NCBI GenBank assembly: GCA_036918135.1 | Contig: JBALDB010000007.1 | Location: forward strand, 96,001-160,000 | Reading direction: 5' to 3' | From: Nostoc sp. | GTDB lineage: Bacteria; Cyanobacteriota; Cyanobacteriia; Cyanobacteriales; Nostocaceae | DNA: 64,000 bases | In this document: positions 31,234 through 41,751 of the stretch, piece by piece | How the letters are laid out: every line of letters starts with the position of its first letter | Position numbering within the stretch: position 1 is the stretch's first letter | Notes under the pieces: model-generated | Databases searched by the model: none | What the model was told of the DNA's origin: nothing | Seen by the model: the letters and a program-made list of their open reading frames with translations, nothing else | Program-made: the position numbers and the translations under genes

Positions 31234-34200
31234 ATGAAAAGTATTGACGAATTTTTATCCTATCTTAGCGACTTAGACATCAAGCTTTCGGTCGATGGAG
31301 AGAGCCTACGCTGTAATGCTCCTAAAGGAACACTAACATTAGATATACGTACTCAACTAGCTGAACGCAAAGCCGAAATTATTGCGTTTTTGCATAAAGC
31401 TAATTTCACCTCTTCCACTTTTGAACTCATTCGACCGATTCCCAGAGATACTGACCTTCCTCTTTCCTTTGGACAACAAAGATTGTGGTTTATCGACCAG
31501 CTAGAAGGGGCAAATGCTACCTACAATGAATTTTTCGCTCTCAACATGAAGGGTTCGCTGCAATTGACATGTCTGGAGCAAAGCTTGACCGAAATTGTAC
31601 GGCGGCACGAAGTTTTGCGTACTACCTTCCCAGTAGTGAACGGTTATCCGGTACAGGCGATCGCTCAACCTACTACCGTGACTCTTCCAGTAATTGATTT
31701 GCAGGATTTACCAGAATTTGAGCAGTCAGTTGTTGTCCAAAGATTGGCTACTCAAGAAGCTCAACGTCCTTTCAATCTAACCACCGGGCCATTGCTGCGA
31801 TTGACGCTGCTACAACTAAATGAAGCAGAATATGTGCTGCTAGTGAATCTACATCATATTGTGACTGATGGTTGGTCTATTGGAGTGCTAATTCAAGAGC
31901 TGGGCGTACTGTATAGGAATGCGATCGCTGACGTTTCTACAACCCTGCCAGAACTAGGTATCCAATACGCCGATTTTGCTGTATGGCAGCGCCAGTGGTT
32001 ACAGGGATTGGTGTTAGAAACCCAGTTAGCTTACTGGCAAAAGCAATTGAATGGTATTTCCGTGCTGAATCTCCCCACCGACCGACCAAGGCCGGCAGTT
32101 CCAACATCCAAGGGAGCGAAAAAATTTTTAGAACTACCGCAATCTTTGAGTCAACAGCTCGAGGAATTTAGCCACCAACAAGGCGTTACCTTGTTCATGA
32201 CAATGCTGGCTGCATTCCAGACATTGCTCTATCGCTACACACAGCAAGAGGACATTGTAATCGGTTCACCCATTGCCAATCGCAACCGCAGCGAGATAGA
32301 AGGGGTAATTGGCTTTTTTGTCAATAGTTTGGTGTTGCGTGCCGATTTATCAGGGAACCCAACATTTCGGGAACTGCTGAGTCGAGTACGAGAAGTAACT
32401 TTGGGAGCTTATGCCCATCAGGATTTGCCCTTTGAGAAGCTGGTAGAAGAACTACATCCAGAGCGAGAGTTGAGTCGCCATCCACTGTTTCAAGTAACGC
32501 TCGCTCTCCAAAATACTCCACCATCAGTTTTAGAGCTACCGGGGCTAACGCTCTCGCTGTTTGATTTGAATATCATAACTGCCAAGCTAGATTTGGAGTT
32601 TCATTTGTGGCAAGACTGGGAAAGTCTTAAAGGACAAGTGGTGTACAGCACGGATTTATTCGACGAGAGTACGATTAGCCGAATGCTGGAACATTTCCAA
32701 ACACTGCTAGAAAGCATTGTTGCTAATCCAGACCAACGCCTAAGAGACTTACCTGTACTGACTGCACGAGAACAGCAGCAGTTATTAATTGATTGGAATA
32801 AAACCAAAAAAGACTACCCACACAACAAGTGTTTTCATCAGTTGTTTGAAGCCCAAGTAGAGCAAACTCCGGATGCGATCGCCCTAGTCTTTGAAGACCA
32901 ACAATTAACCTATCGCCAACTAAATATTCAAGCTAACCAACTGGCACGCCACCTGCAAGAATTGGGGGTAGTCCCAGAAGTTTTAGTTGGTATTTGCTTA
33001 GAGCGTTCTGTAGAAGCGATCGTCGGACTGTTAGCCATCCTCAAGGCGGGTGGAGCATACCTTCCTTTAGATCCGAGCCTACCTCAAGAGCGCCTTAGCT
33101 TTATGCTAGAAGACGCTCAAGTATCTATTTTGCTAACTCATTCCTCCCTTACCAAGGTAGGTTGGCAGGATATCGAGAATGAATTTTCTTTAGTTTGCTT
33201 GAACCAAGATAAACAGACTATTGCACAACACAGCCAGGAAAACCCAATCAGCTGCGTCACATCTGACAACCTTGCTTACGTCATTTACACCTCTGGCTCC
33301 ACAGGAAAGCCTAAAGGTGTTTTAATCGAACACCGAGGGTTGTGCAACTTGGCTCAAGCTCAGATTCAGACTTTCAACCTCAACCAAAGTAACCGCATTC
33401 TGCAATTCGCATCCTTAAGCTTCGATGCTTCAATCTTCGAGATTGTCATGGCATTGCAAACAGGCGCAACTCTCTACTTAGCAAACAAAGAATCTCTTTT
33501 ACCAGGACAAGCTTTAATCCAACTGTTGCAGCAACAAGCTATTACTCATGTGACGCTTCCGCCTGCTGTTTTAGCAGTCTTAGCACTCGCAGAAATTCCT
33601 ACACTGCAAACTATCATTAGTGCAGGCGAATTCTGTTCTCATGAAATTGTCAAACGCTGGTGGCTACCCAGTCGCCGATTTTTTAACGCTTACGGGCCGA
33701 CTGAAGCAACTATTTGGTCAACTGTTGTAGAAATTAACGATCCTACTAGTGAAACATCCATTGGTTGCCCGATTGCTAACACTCAAATTTATATATTAGA
33801 TGAACATTTACAGCTTGTACCAATCGGTATTATAGGCGAATTATACATTGGTGGAGATGGACTGGCTAGAGGCTACCTCAACCGCCCGGAGTTAACAGCC
33901 GAAAAATTCATCCCTAACCCGTTTCAAAGAGGCAGGGGACAGAGAGCAGGGGAAGCAGGGGGCAAGGGGGAAGAAGACCAATCCTTTAATTCCGAACGCC
34001 TTTATAAAACTGGCGACTTGGCACGTTATTTACCAAATGGCAATATTGAGTTCCTCGGTCGTATTAATGACCAAGTGAAGATTCGTGGCTTCCGTATAGA
34101 GCTAGGAGAAATTGAAGCAGTACTGAGTCAATACCTAGCTGTCCAGGAAGCGGTGGTGATTGTGCGAGAAGACACTCCTGGTGACAAACGCCTAGTGGCA

Positions 34201-36072
34201 TATATTGTCGCTAGCCAGCAGCTTACCACCAATGAACTGCACAGTTTTCTCAAGGAAAAACTACCCGACTACATGCTACCTTCTGCTTTCGTGATGCTGG
34301 AGTTTCTGCCTTTGACTCCCAACAAAAAGGTAGACCGCCGCGCTCTACCTGCACCAGAGACTCATAAAAGTCCAGAAGTTGGTTCCCTTCAACCCCGCAC
34401 CCCCACTGAAGAAGTACTAGTTAACATTTGGACAGATCTATTAGGAATTGAAGCAGATATTCATGACGACTTCTTTGACATCGGCGGACATTCCTTACTG
34501 GCTATCCAACTGCTCTCACGCGTGCAAAGCATTTTTCAAGTAGAATTACCGTTGCCTAGCTTGTTTGATGAGCCAACGATCGCTGCACTAGCTCGTAACA
34601 TAGAATCTCGTCATGCTCAGTTCCCACAGCTACCGCCCCTAGTACCGAGACCGGATGGATGTAAATTGCCGTTATCCTTTGCTCAACAGCGACTGTGGTT
34701 CCTGAATCAATTAGATCCTGAAAGTCCCTTGTACAATATGCACGCAGCAGTGCGTTTAACAGGTTCGCTGAATCATATTGTGTTGCAGCAAAGCTTGACC
34801 GAAATCGTCCACCGTCACGAAGTGTTGCGAACCACCATAGCTGCACAAAATGGAAAACCGATTTTGGCGATCGCTCCCTTTTTAGAGTTCAGTTTACCAA
34901 TAGTGAACTTGTCGGAGTTACCAGAATCAAAGCGCTTAGAACAAATGCAGCAATTAGCCACTCAAGAAGCACAGCAACCCTTTTCATTAGAGCAGGGGCC
35001 ACTACTGCGATCGACACTGCTGCAACTGTCAAACACAGAACACCTACTGCTGATGACGATACATCACATAGTATCTGACGGTTGGTCTATTGGAATACTG
35101 ATCCAGGAAGTGGCAGCGCTATACGATGCCTTCTTACAGGGTCAACCCTCTCCGTTGACAAAATTGCCTATTCAGTACGCGGATTTTGCCCTGTGGCAAC
35201 GCCAATGCTTAGAATCTGAGGCGCTAGCAACGCAGCTTGTTTATTGGCAGAAGCAGTTAAGCGATTTGCCGATGTTGGAACTGCCTACAGATTTTCCACG
35301 GCCAGCAGTTCAGACCTTTAGGGGAAGAACTCAAACAAAAATGTTTTCCCCTGTTTTATCCCAATCCCTCAAGGCTCTCAGTCGGCAAGAAGGGGTGACA
35401 CTATTTATGACACTGCTGGCTGGTTTTCAAACCCTACTTCACTGGTATACATCTCAGGATGACATTGTTGTAGGTACTGATGTCGCCAATCGCAACCGTA
35501 TGCAGACAGAATCATTGATTGGGTTATTTGTCAACCAACTCGTATTACGCACAAATCTATCTGGAAATCCTACATTTCGGGAATTACTCGCAAGGGTACG
35601 TGAGGTAACTCTTGAAGCTTATGCCCACCAAGACCTACCATTTGACAAGCTTGTAGAAACCCTGAACCCAAAACGAGACTTAAAGCGTAACCCATTATTT
35701 CAAGTTATGTTTGGCTTCCAGAATTCCCCAATGCCAGCACTTGAGCTTTCAGGTCTAACTTTGAACCTCTTAGAAATTGACAATGAGACATCTGTGTTCG
35801 ATCTGAGTCTGTACATGATGGAAACCGAACAAGAATTAGTTGGGTTGTGTAGGTACAATACAGATTTATTTGAGCAAACTACGATTAGCAAAATTTTGCG
35901 ACATTTAGTCACAATTTTAGACAATGCAGTGGCACAGCCCGATATCAAAGTAAGTACCCTCAAAGAAATCCTAATAGAAGCGGATAAACAAGAAGAAATC
36001 ACAAAACAAAAAGAATTCAAAGAAGTTAGTCGAAGAAAGTTAAAAAACGTTCAGCCAAAACTAGTTACTTAA
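31234..36072 (+). CDS. NRPS: docking domain-C-A(aromatic, Phe-like)-PCP-C
   Basis: Two intact C motifs (HHIVTDG and HHIVSDG); manually read A code DAFTIAAIWK, close to the GrsA Phe code DAWTIAAICK; PCP GGHS. Confidence 0.94.
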   Translation: MKSIDEFLSYLSDLDIKLSVDGESLRCNAPKGTLTLDIRTQLAERKAEIIAFLHKANFTSSTFELIRPIPRDTDLPLSFGQQRLWFIDQLEGANATYNEFFALNMKGSLQLTCLEQSLTEIVRRHEVLRTTFPVVNGYPVQAIAQPTTVTLPVIDLQDLPEFEQSVVVQRLATQEAQRPFNLTTGPLLRLTLLQLNEAEYVLLVNLHHIVTDGWSIGVLIQELGVLYRNAIADVSTTLPELGIQYADFAVWQRQWLQGLVLETQLAYWQKQLNGISVLNLPTDRPRPAVPTSKGAKKFLELPQSLSQQLEEFSHQQGVTLFMTMLAAFQTLLYRYTQQEDIVIGSPIANRNRSEIEGVIGFFVNSLVLRADLSGNPTFRELLSRVREVTLGAYAHQDLPFEKLVEELHPERELSRHPLFQVTLALQNTPPSVLELPGLTLSLFDLNIITAKLDLEFHLWQDWESLKGQVVYSTDLFDESTISRMLEHFQTLLESIVANPDQRLRDLPVLTAREQQQLLIDWNKTKKDYPHNKCFHQLFEAQVEQTPDAIALVFEDQQLTYRQLNIQANQLARHLQELGVVPEVLVGICLERSVEAIVGLLAILKAGGAYLPLDPSLPQERLSFMLEDAQVSILLTHSSLTKVGWQDIENEFSLVCLNQDKQTIAQHSQENPISCVTSDNLAYVIYTSGSTGKPKGVLIEHRGLCNLAQAQIQTFNLNQSNRILQFASLSFDASIFEIVMALQTGATLYLANKESLLPGQALIQLLQQQAITHVTLPPAVLAVLALAEIPTLQTIISAGEFCSHEIVKRWWLPSRRFFNAYGPTEATIWSTVVEINDPTSETSIGCPIANTQIYILDEHLQLVPIGIIGELYIGGDGLARGYLNRPELTAEKFIPNPFQRGRGQRAGEAGGKGEEDQSFNSERLYKTGDLARYLPNGNIEFLGRINDQVKIRGFRIELGEIEAVLSQYLAVQEAVVIVREDTPGDKRLVAYIVASQQLTTNELHSFLKEKLPDYMLPSAFVMLEFLPLTPNKKVDRRALPAPETHKSPEVGSLQPRTPTEEVLVNIWTDLLGIEADIHDDFFDIGGHSLLAIQLLSRVQSIFQVELPLPSLFDEPTIAALARNIESRHAQFPQLPPLVPRPDGCKLPLSFAQQRLWFLNQLDPESPLYNMHAAVRLTGSLNHIVLQQSLTEIVHRHEVLRTTIAAQNGKPILAIAPFLEFSLPIVNLSELPESKRLEQMQQLATQEAQQPFSLEQGPLLRSTLLQLSNTEHLLLMTIHHIVSDGWSIGILIQEVAALYDAFLQGQPSPLTKLPIQYADFALWQRQCLESEALATQLVYWQKQLSDLPMLELPTDFPRPAVQTFRGRTQTKMFSPVLSQSLKALSRQEGVTLFMTLLAGFQTLLHWYTSQDDIVVGTDVANRNRMQTESLIGLFVNQLVLRTNLSGNPTFRELLARVREVTLEAYAHQDLPFDKLVETLNPKRDLKRNPLFQVMFGFQNSPMPALELSGLTLNLLEIDNETSVFDLSLYMMETEQELVGLCRYNTDLFEQTTISKILRHLVTILDNAVAQPDIKVSTLKEILIEADKQEEITKQKEFKEVSRRKLKNVQPKLVT

Positions 36073-36092
36073 TCCAAATTTAAATTAAAAAT

Positions 36093-37157
36093 ATGAATAT
36101 GAATCTCGAAGAATCGGCCGATTCCATCAGGCAATTATGGTCAGATAGACGTAAAATTGTTAAACCAATAGATATCAACAACCTTAAACAAGGATTGATT
36201 GAAGTATCTCAACTGCCAGGACAAACACTGCCACTGGTGATTAAAGCTAATGTAAATAAAATCAATCTTGATGCTTGGGCAAAAAACAATCAGCAATGGT
36301 TAGAAACACAGTTATTCAAGCATGGAGCAATTCTTTTTCGCAACTTTGATATTGATACAGTAATTAAATTTGAACAGTTCACTAAAATTATTTCTGGAGA
36401 ACTCTTAGAGTATTCAGAACGTTCATCACCCCGGAGTCAGATAAGCGGTCATGTCTATACCTCAACTGACTACCCAGCAAACCAAAGTATTTTTCCACAT
36501 AATGAGCATTCATATTGCCAGACATGGCCGATGAAACTCTTCTTTTGCTGCATTACACCTGCACAGCAAGGAGGAGAAACACCCATCGCTGACTGTCGCA
36601 AAGTTTTACAACGTATTGACCCAAAGATTGTAGAACGCTTTATTTCTAAAAATTGGATGTACGTCCGTAATTATAATGATGGATTTGGTCTTGCTTGGCA
36701 AACTGTCTTTCAAACCACCGACAAGTCAAAGGTTGAGGAGTACTGCCGTTCTAATGACATTGAGTTTGAATGGAAAGATGGCAAGCGCTTGAGAACCCGT
36801 CAAGTTCGCCCAGTTATCACCCGTCATCCTCAAACTGGTGAAATGGTCTGGTTTAATCACGCAACTTTTTTTCATGTGTCAACTTTAGAACCGACAATGC
36901 GTGATGCATTGCTAGCAGAGTTTAAAGAAGAAGATTTACCGAACAATACCTACTATGGTGATGGTTCTGTGATTGAACCTTCAGTTTTAGACGAGCTTCG
37001 ACAAACATATTTGCAAGAGACAGTTGCTTTACCCTGGCAGCAAGGAGATATTTTAATGCTGGACAACATGCTAACAGCACATTCACGCAAACCGTTTTCA
37101 GGAGCGAGAAAAATTTTGTTTGCAATGACTGAACCTTGTAGTCGCCAAAATATCTAA
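36093..37157 (+). CDS. TauD/SyrP-like amino-acyl-PCP beta-hydroxylase
   Basis: YTSTDYP..IFPHNE, GGETPIAD, WFNHATFFH and DNMLTAHSR. Lies between a terminal C domain and a degenerate C domain. Confidence 0.92.
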   Translation: MNMNLEESADSIRQLWSDRRKIVKPIDINNLKQGLIEVSQLPGQTLPLVIKANVNKINLDAWAKNNQQWLETQLFKHGAILFRNFDIDTVIKFEQFTKIISGELLEYSERSSPRSQISGHVYTSTDYPANQSIFPHNEHSYCQTWPMKLFFCCITPAQQGGETPIADCRKVLQRIDPKIVERFISKNWMYVRNYNDGFGLAWQTVFQTTDKSKVEEYCRSNDIEFEWKDGKRLRTRQVRPVITRHPQTGEMVWFNHATFFHVSTLEPTMRDALLAEFKEEDLPNNTYYGDGSVIEPSVLDELRQTYLQETVALPWQQGDILMLDNMLTAHSRKPFSGARKILFAMTEPCSRQNI

Positions 37158-37174
37158 CGAATGGTATTACAGAT

Positions 37175-40100
37175 ATGCAAAATAAAATTCAAGGTTATCG
37201 ACTTTCCCCTCAACAAGAGCGTCTGTGGCTGTTGCAGCAAACAGATGGAAGCTTGTCTTATCGCGTTCATTCTGCCATCCTTATAGAAGGAAATCTCAAG
37301 ATTTCAGCTTTAAAAGCAGCCTTAGAAAATGTTATAAATCAGCATGAAATCCTTCGCACAACCTTTTATTGCTTGCCGGAAATGGCAATTCCAGTTCAGG
37401 TTATAGCCGATAAATATATCCCATCAATTGATGGATACGATTTGAGCCGTTTAAAGTTTCAAGAACAAGAGATTGAGATAGAAGCACTTTTTGCTGAGGG
37501 AAACAAACTAGATATTGACTTTGAACAAGACTCTTTATTGCATATATCTTTGGTAACTTTGTCGCCATGTAAGCATATATTGCTGCTTAACTTACCAGCT
37601 ATTTGTGCGGATATAGTAACGCTAAATAATTTGATACTTGACATCAGCCGTTTCTATACAGCTTGCTTGGATGGCGAGAAGCTTTCTGACGAACCATTAC
37701 AATATATTGTTGTTTCTGAATGGCTAAATGAATTACTTGAGTCAGAAGATGGAAAAATCGCTAGAGAGTATTGGCACAAGCAGGATATCTCTGATGTTTT
37801 TACTTTCAAACTGCCTTGGGAAAATCATTCACAAACACAAACATTTGAACCGCAATTTTTTGATTTACTAGTTCGTCCCAATTTATTATCTCAACTTAGA
37901 GCGATCGCATTACAATATAATACTTCTATTTCAGAAATTTTACTAACTTGCTGGCTAATTCTGCTCTGGCGGCTGACTGGTCAGTCAAACATTGTTGTCG
38001 GAACTGGCTGTGATGGCAGGACAGATGAAGAGTTAAAAGAAGCTTTTGGGTTACTGACTAAATATCTACCACTTCGTTGTCATTTAGAAAAAAGTTTCCG
38101 ATTTAGTGAACTTTTAAAGCAGGTTCAGGAATTGCAGCGTGAGATTTACCAATGGCAGGAGTGCTTTAGCTGGCAACAAATTCAGACATTGGCTAAAAAT
38201 AACACGAAATCTGACTTTTTTCCAATTTGTTTTGATTTTGAAAAACGACCTGGTAAATATTATAGTGCTGATATTGAATTTTCTATTTATAAACTGTATG
38301 CCTGTATTGATAAATTCAAAGTAAAGCTTTCTTGTATTGAACAAGATGATTCTTTAACTACAAAGTTTCAATACGATTCTAATTTATTTTATCTAGAAGA
38401 TATCAAACGTCTAGCCGGACAATTTCATCAACTTTTAGAAAGTATTATTAATAATCCGAACGCTGAGATTGATGCACTAGAAATTTTGACTGATGCCGAA
38501 CGACAGCAACTATTAGTTGATAACAATACTAATGATGATATAGATAAATGTATTCATCATCTGGTAGAACAACAGTGTCAGCGCACACCTAACTCAGTTG
38601 CGGTGGTTTTTGAAGCAGAACAGCTAACCTACCTAGAACTAAATCAGCAAGCTAATCGAGTCGCTCACTACTTACAGACATTAGGTGTAAAACCAGAGGT
38701 ACGTGTAGGTATTTGCATGAAGCGATCGCTTGCAATGGTGATTGGATTATTGGGCATTTTGAAAGCGGGTGGAGCATATGTGCCATTAGATCCTGGGTAT
38801 CCTCAAGAACGCTTAGATTTCATGCTCAAGGATTGCCAAATAGAGGTACTGTTGACTCAGCAGTCATTGGTAGCACATTTTGAACATCAGGGACAAACAG
38901 TTTATTTAGATAGCGATTGGGCAGTCATCAGTAGCCAGAGTAGTAATAACCCTGCTTGTGAGGTAAGTCCTAACAATCTAGCTTATATAATTTATACTTC
39001 TGGTTCAACAGGACAACCCAAGGGTGTGATGATTCCTCACCGCGCCCTCTGCAATCACATGCTATGGATGCAGTCAACTTGGCCCCTAAGTGCAACAGAT
39101 TCAGTCTTGCAGAAAACGCCATTCAGTTTCGACGCTTCAGTTTGGGAGTTTTATGCACCACTGTTAACTGGAGCAAGGCTAATTATGGCTCAACCAGAGG
39201 GACACAAAGACACTGCTTATTTGGTGAAAGCAATTAAGGAACATCAAGTCACAATATTACAACTCGTTCCTTCAATGTTGCCAGCACTTTTATTAGAACC
39301 GGAATTGGAGCAGTGTCATAGTCTGCGACACGTATACTGTGGGGGGGAAGTTCTCAACGCTGAAGTTTATCAACAATTTCAAAACAAACTTAGCGCCCAA
39401 TTGCATAATCTTTACGGCCCCACAGAAGCCTGTATTGACGCAACTGCATGGACTTGTAAACCAGAGAGTAAAAGGCAGACGCTTCCTATTGGATATCCGA
39501 TCGCCAACATGCAAATTTATCTGCTCGATGCTAAAGAGCAACTTCTGCCTATTGGTGTAGCAGGTGAGTTGTACATTGGCGGAGCAGGTTTAGCACGAGG
39601 CTACTTCAACCGCCCAGAACTGACCGCCCAAAAGTTTATTCCCAATCCCTTTAGTAGCGAACCAGGTTCTCGATTGTATAAAACAGGTGACTTAGCCCGC
39701 TATCTACCTGATGGCATCGAGTTCTTGGGTAGGATCGACGAGCAAGTTAAAATTCGTGGCTTCCGAATTGAGCTAGGGGAAGTTGAAGTAGTTATGCACC
39801 AACACCCTGCTGTGCAGCAAGCTGTAGTTGTTGTCCGTGAAGATGTTCCTGGCAACAAGCGCCTTGTAGCTTATCTAACAGTTAAGTCAGAAACAGTTTT
39901 CTCGACTCAAGAATTACAAGAGTTTCTCAAACAGAAGTTGCCAGATTACATGGTTCCCTCAAGCTTTGTAGTGCTGAAAGCTCTACCACTAACTCCCAAT
40001 GGTAAAATTAACCGTCATGCCCTGCCAGCACCTGATGTAGTCCAATCTCAACACAGAGATTATGTAGCACCGCGCACTTCAGTAGAAGAGGCGATCGCCA

Positions 40101-41749
40101 GTATCTGGACAGAAGTTTTGGGACGAAAGGTAGGTATTCACGACAATTTCTTTGAATTGGGTGGGGATTCCATTCTCAGCATTCAAGTTGTCGCCCGTGC
40201 TAATCAGGCGGGTATAGTACTTACACCCAAGCAGATATTTCAGTACCAGACAATTGCTGAATTAGCAGAGGTAGCAGGTAATACCCAAATAACCGTATTT
40301 CAGGGTTTAGTGACTGGGCAAGCCCTACTTACACCGATTCAACAATGGTTCTTTGAACAGCAGTTTCAACAACCAAACCACTGGAACCAAGCGATTCTAC
40401 TGGAGGTACATTCACCTTTAGATGTAGCTCTCCTAGAGCAAGCGGTGCAGCAATTGTTAGTACATCACGATGCCCTACGCCTACAATTTGTGCATTCGTT
40501 CTCTGGTTTAGAACAAGTTCATACTCTGCCAGATGCATCACGTAGATATGTCCAGGTAGTGGATTTGTCAAGCCTACCTCAGACAGAACAAACGATAGCG
40601 ATCGCCACAGTTGCTAACCAATTACAAACTAGTTTAAATTTAGAATCTGGATTGTTAGTTCAGGTAGCGCTGTTTGACCTTGGGCTTGAGCGGCATCAGC
40701 GCTTACTATTTATCATCCATCACCTTGTCATAGATGGCGTTTCCTGGCGGATTTTGCTTGAGGATCTACAAACAGCTTATCAGCAGCTAGATGCTGGACA
40801 GGCAATTGTGTTGCCACGGAAGACAACATCCTTCCAAGATTGGTCACAGCGCTTGCACGCATATGCACAAACAGCAACATTAAAGTCAGAACTTGACTAC
40901 TGGTTGAATTTAGATTGGTCTAGTATTACCGCTCTCCCGATAGACTATCCACAAGGTAAAAACTTTAACATTGAGACAAATGCTAATAGTGTCTCAGTGA
41001 AGCTAGCACCCCAACAAACACAAGCGTTGTTACAGAATGTGCCACAAGCTTATAATACTCAAATCAACGATGTATTACTAGCGGCGCTGGTGCAAGCGTT
41101 TGCTCAGTGGACTGGAAATTATTGTTTGTTAATCGATCTAGAAGGTCACGGGCGAGAAGAAATTTTACCAGCCGTGGATCTATCACGTACAGTCGGTTGG
41201 TTTACTACTGTCTTCCCTGTGCTATTGGAACTAAAACAAACAACTGATTCTGGAGAAGCCTTGAAGTTGGTTAAAGAGCAACTACGCCGCATTCCCAACA
41301 ACGGCATTGGCTATGGCATTCTGAAATACCTCACCCAAGACACAACAATTACCAAGAAACTGCAAGCCCTTCCCCAGGCTGAGGTGAGTTTTAACTACCT
41401 GGGTCAGTTGGATAGAGTATTGTTACCAGGGATGTTGCAACCAGCTACAGAGTCTACTGGGTCTGCACATAGTCCCGATGCTCGTCGGAGTTATCTACTG
41501 GATGTCAGCGCAGCAGTGATTGGTGGCTCGTTAGAACTGAATTGGACTTACAGCACAGCAGTTCATCGCCCAGAAACGATTGCAAGTTTAGCTCAAAATT
41601 ATCTCCAGGCACTGCATACACTTATTGCTCATTGCGAGTCAAAAGAAGCAGGAGGATACACTCCTTCCGATTTTCCCGCAGCAAAGCTCAGTCAAAAAGA
41701 TATTGATAGCTTAATTGCCACAATTAGCCAAACTGAAGGGAGAAAGTAA
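37175..41749 (+). CDS. NRPS: degenerate C (interface domain)-A(Gln/Glu-like)-PCP-E
   Basis: HHxxxDG is replaced by LPAICADI; A code DAWQYGLIDK (Gln reference DAWQFGLIDK); PCP GGDS of the E-associated type; E motifs HHLVIDGVSW, EGHGRE, RTVGWFT and FNYLGQ; TPSDF COM end. Confidence 0.94.
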   Translation: MQNKIQGYRLSPQQERLWLLQQTDGSLSYRVHSAILIEGNLKISALKAALENVINQHEILRTTFYCLPEMAIPVQVIADKYIPSIDGYDLSRLKFQEQEIEIEALFAEGNKLDIDFEQDSLLHISLVTLSPCKHILLLNLPAICADIVTLNNLILDISRFYTACLDGEKLSDEPLQYIVVSEWLNELLESEDGKIAREYWHKQDISDVFTFKLPWENHSQTQTFEPQFFDLLVRPNLLSQLRAIALQYNTSISEILLTCWLILLWRLTGQSNIVVGTGCDGRTDEELKEAFGLLTKYLPLRCHLEKSFRFSELLKQVQELQREIYQWQECFSWQQIQTLAKNNTKSDFFPICFDFEKRPGKYYSADIEFSIYKLYACIDKFKVKLSCIEQDDSLTTKFQYDSNLFYLEDIKRLAGQFHQLLESIINNPNAEIDALEILTDAERQQLLVDNNTNDDIDKCIHHLVEQQCQRTPNSVAVVFEAEQLTYLELNQQANRVAHYLQTLGVKPEVRVGICMKRSLAMVIGLLGILKAGGAYVPLDPGYPQERLDFMLKDCQIEVLLTQQSLVAHFEHQGQTVYLDSDWAVISSQSSNNPACEVSPNNLAYIIYTSGSTGQPKGVMIPHRALCNHMLWMQSTWPLSATDSVLQKTPFSFDASVWEFYAPLLTGARLIMAQPEGHKDTAYLVKAIKEHQVTILQLVPSMLPALLLEPELEQCHSLRHVYCGGEVLNAEVYQQFQNKLSAQLHNLYGPTEACIDATAWTCKPESKRQTLPIGYPIANMQIYLLDAKEQLLPIGVAGELYIGGAGLARGYFNRPELTAQKFIPNPFSSEPGSRLYKTGDLARYLPDGIEFLGRIDEQVKIRGFRIELGEVEVVMHQHPAVQQAVVVVREDVPGNKRLVAYLTVKSETVFSTQELQEFLKQKLPDYMVPSSFVVLKALPLTPNGKINRHALPAPDVVQSQHRDYVAPRTSVEEAIASIWTEVLGRKVGIHDNFFELGGDSILSIQVVARANQAGIVLTPKQIFQYQTIAELAEVAGNTQITVFQGLVTGQALLTPIQQWFFEQQFQQPNHWNQAILLEVHSPLDVALLEQAVQQLLVHHDALRLQFVHSFSGLEQVHTLPDASRRYVQVVDLSSLPQTEQTIAIATVANQLQTSLNLESGLLVQVALFDLGLERHQRLLFIIHHLVIDGVSWRILLEDLQTAYQQLDAGQAIVLPRKTTSFQDWSQRLHAYAQTATLKSELDYWLNLDWSSITALPIDYPQGKNFNIETNANSVSVKLAPQQTQALLQNVPQAYNTQINDVLLAALVQAFAQWTGNYCLLIDLEGHGREEILPAVDLSRTVGWFTTVFPVLLELKQTTDSGEALKLVKEQLRRIPNNGIGYGILKYLTQDTTITKKLQALPQAEVSFNYLGQLDRVLLPGMLQPATESTGSAHSPDARRSYLLDVSAAVIGGSLELNWTYSTAVHRPETIASLAQNYLQALHTLIAHCESKEAGGYTPSDFPAAKLSQKDIDSLIATISQTEGRK

Positions 41750-41751
41750 AA

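Noticed and set aside
30034..41749. Beta-hydroxyaspartate siderophore (cyanochelin-like) call
   Set aside because: No Asp-type A code at the hydroxylated module and no TonB-dependent receptor or iron uptake genes in the window. Not fully excluded, since such genes could lie elsewhere.
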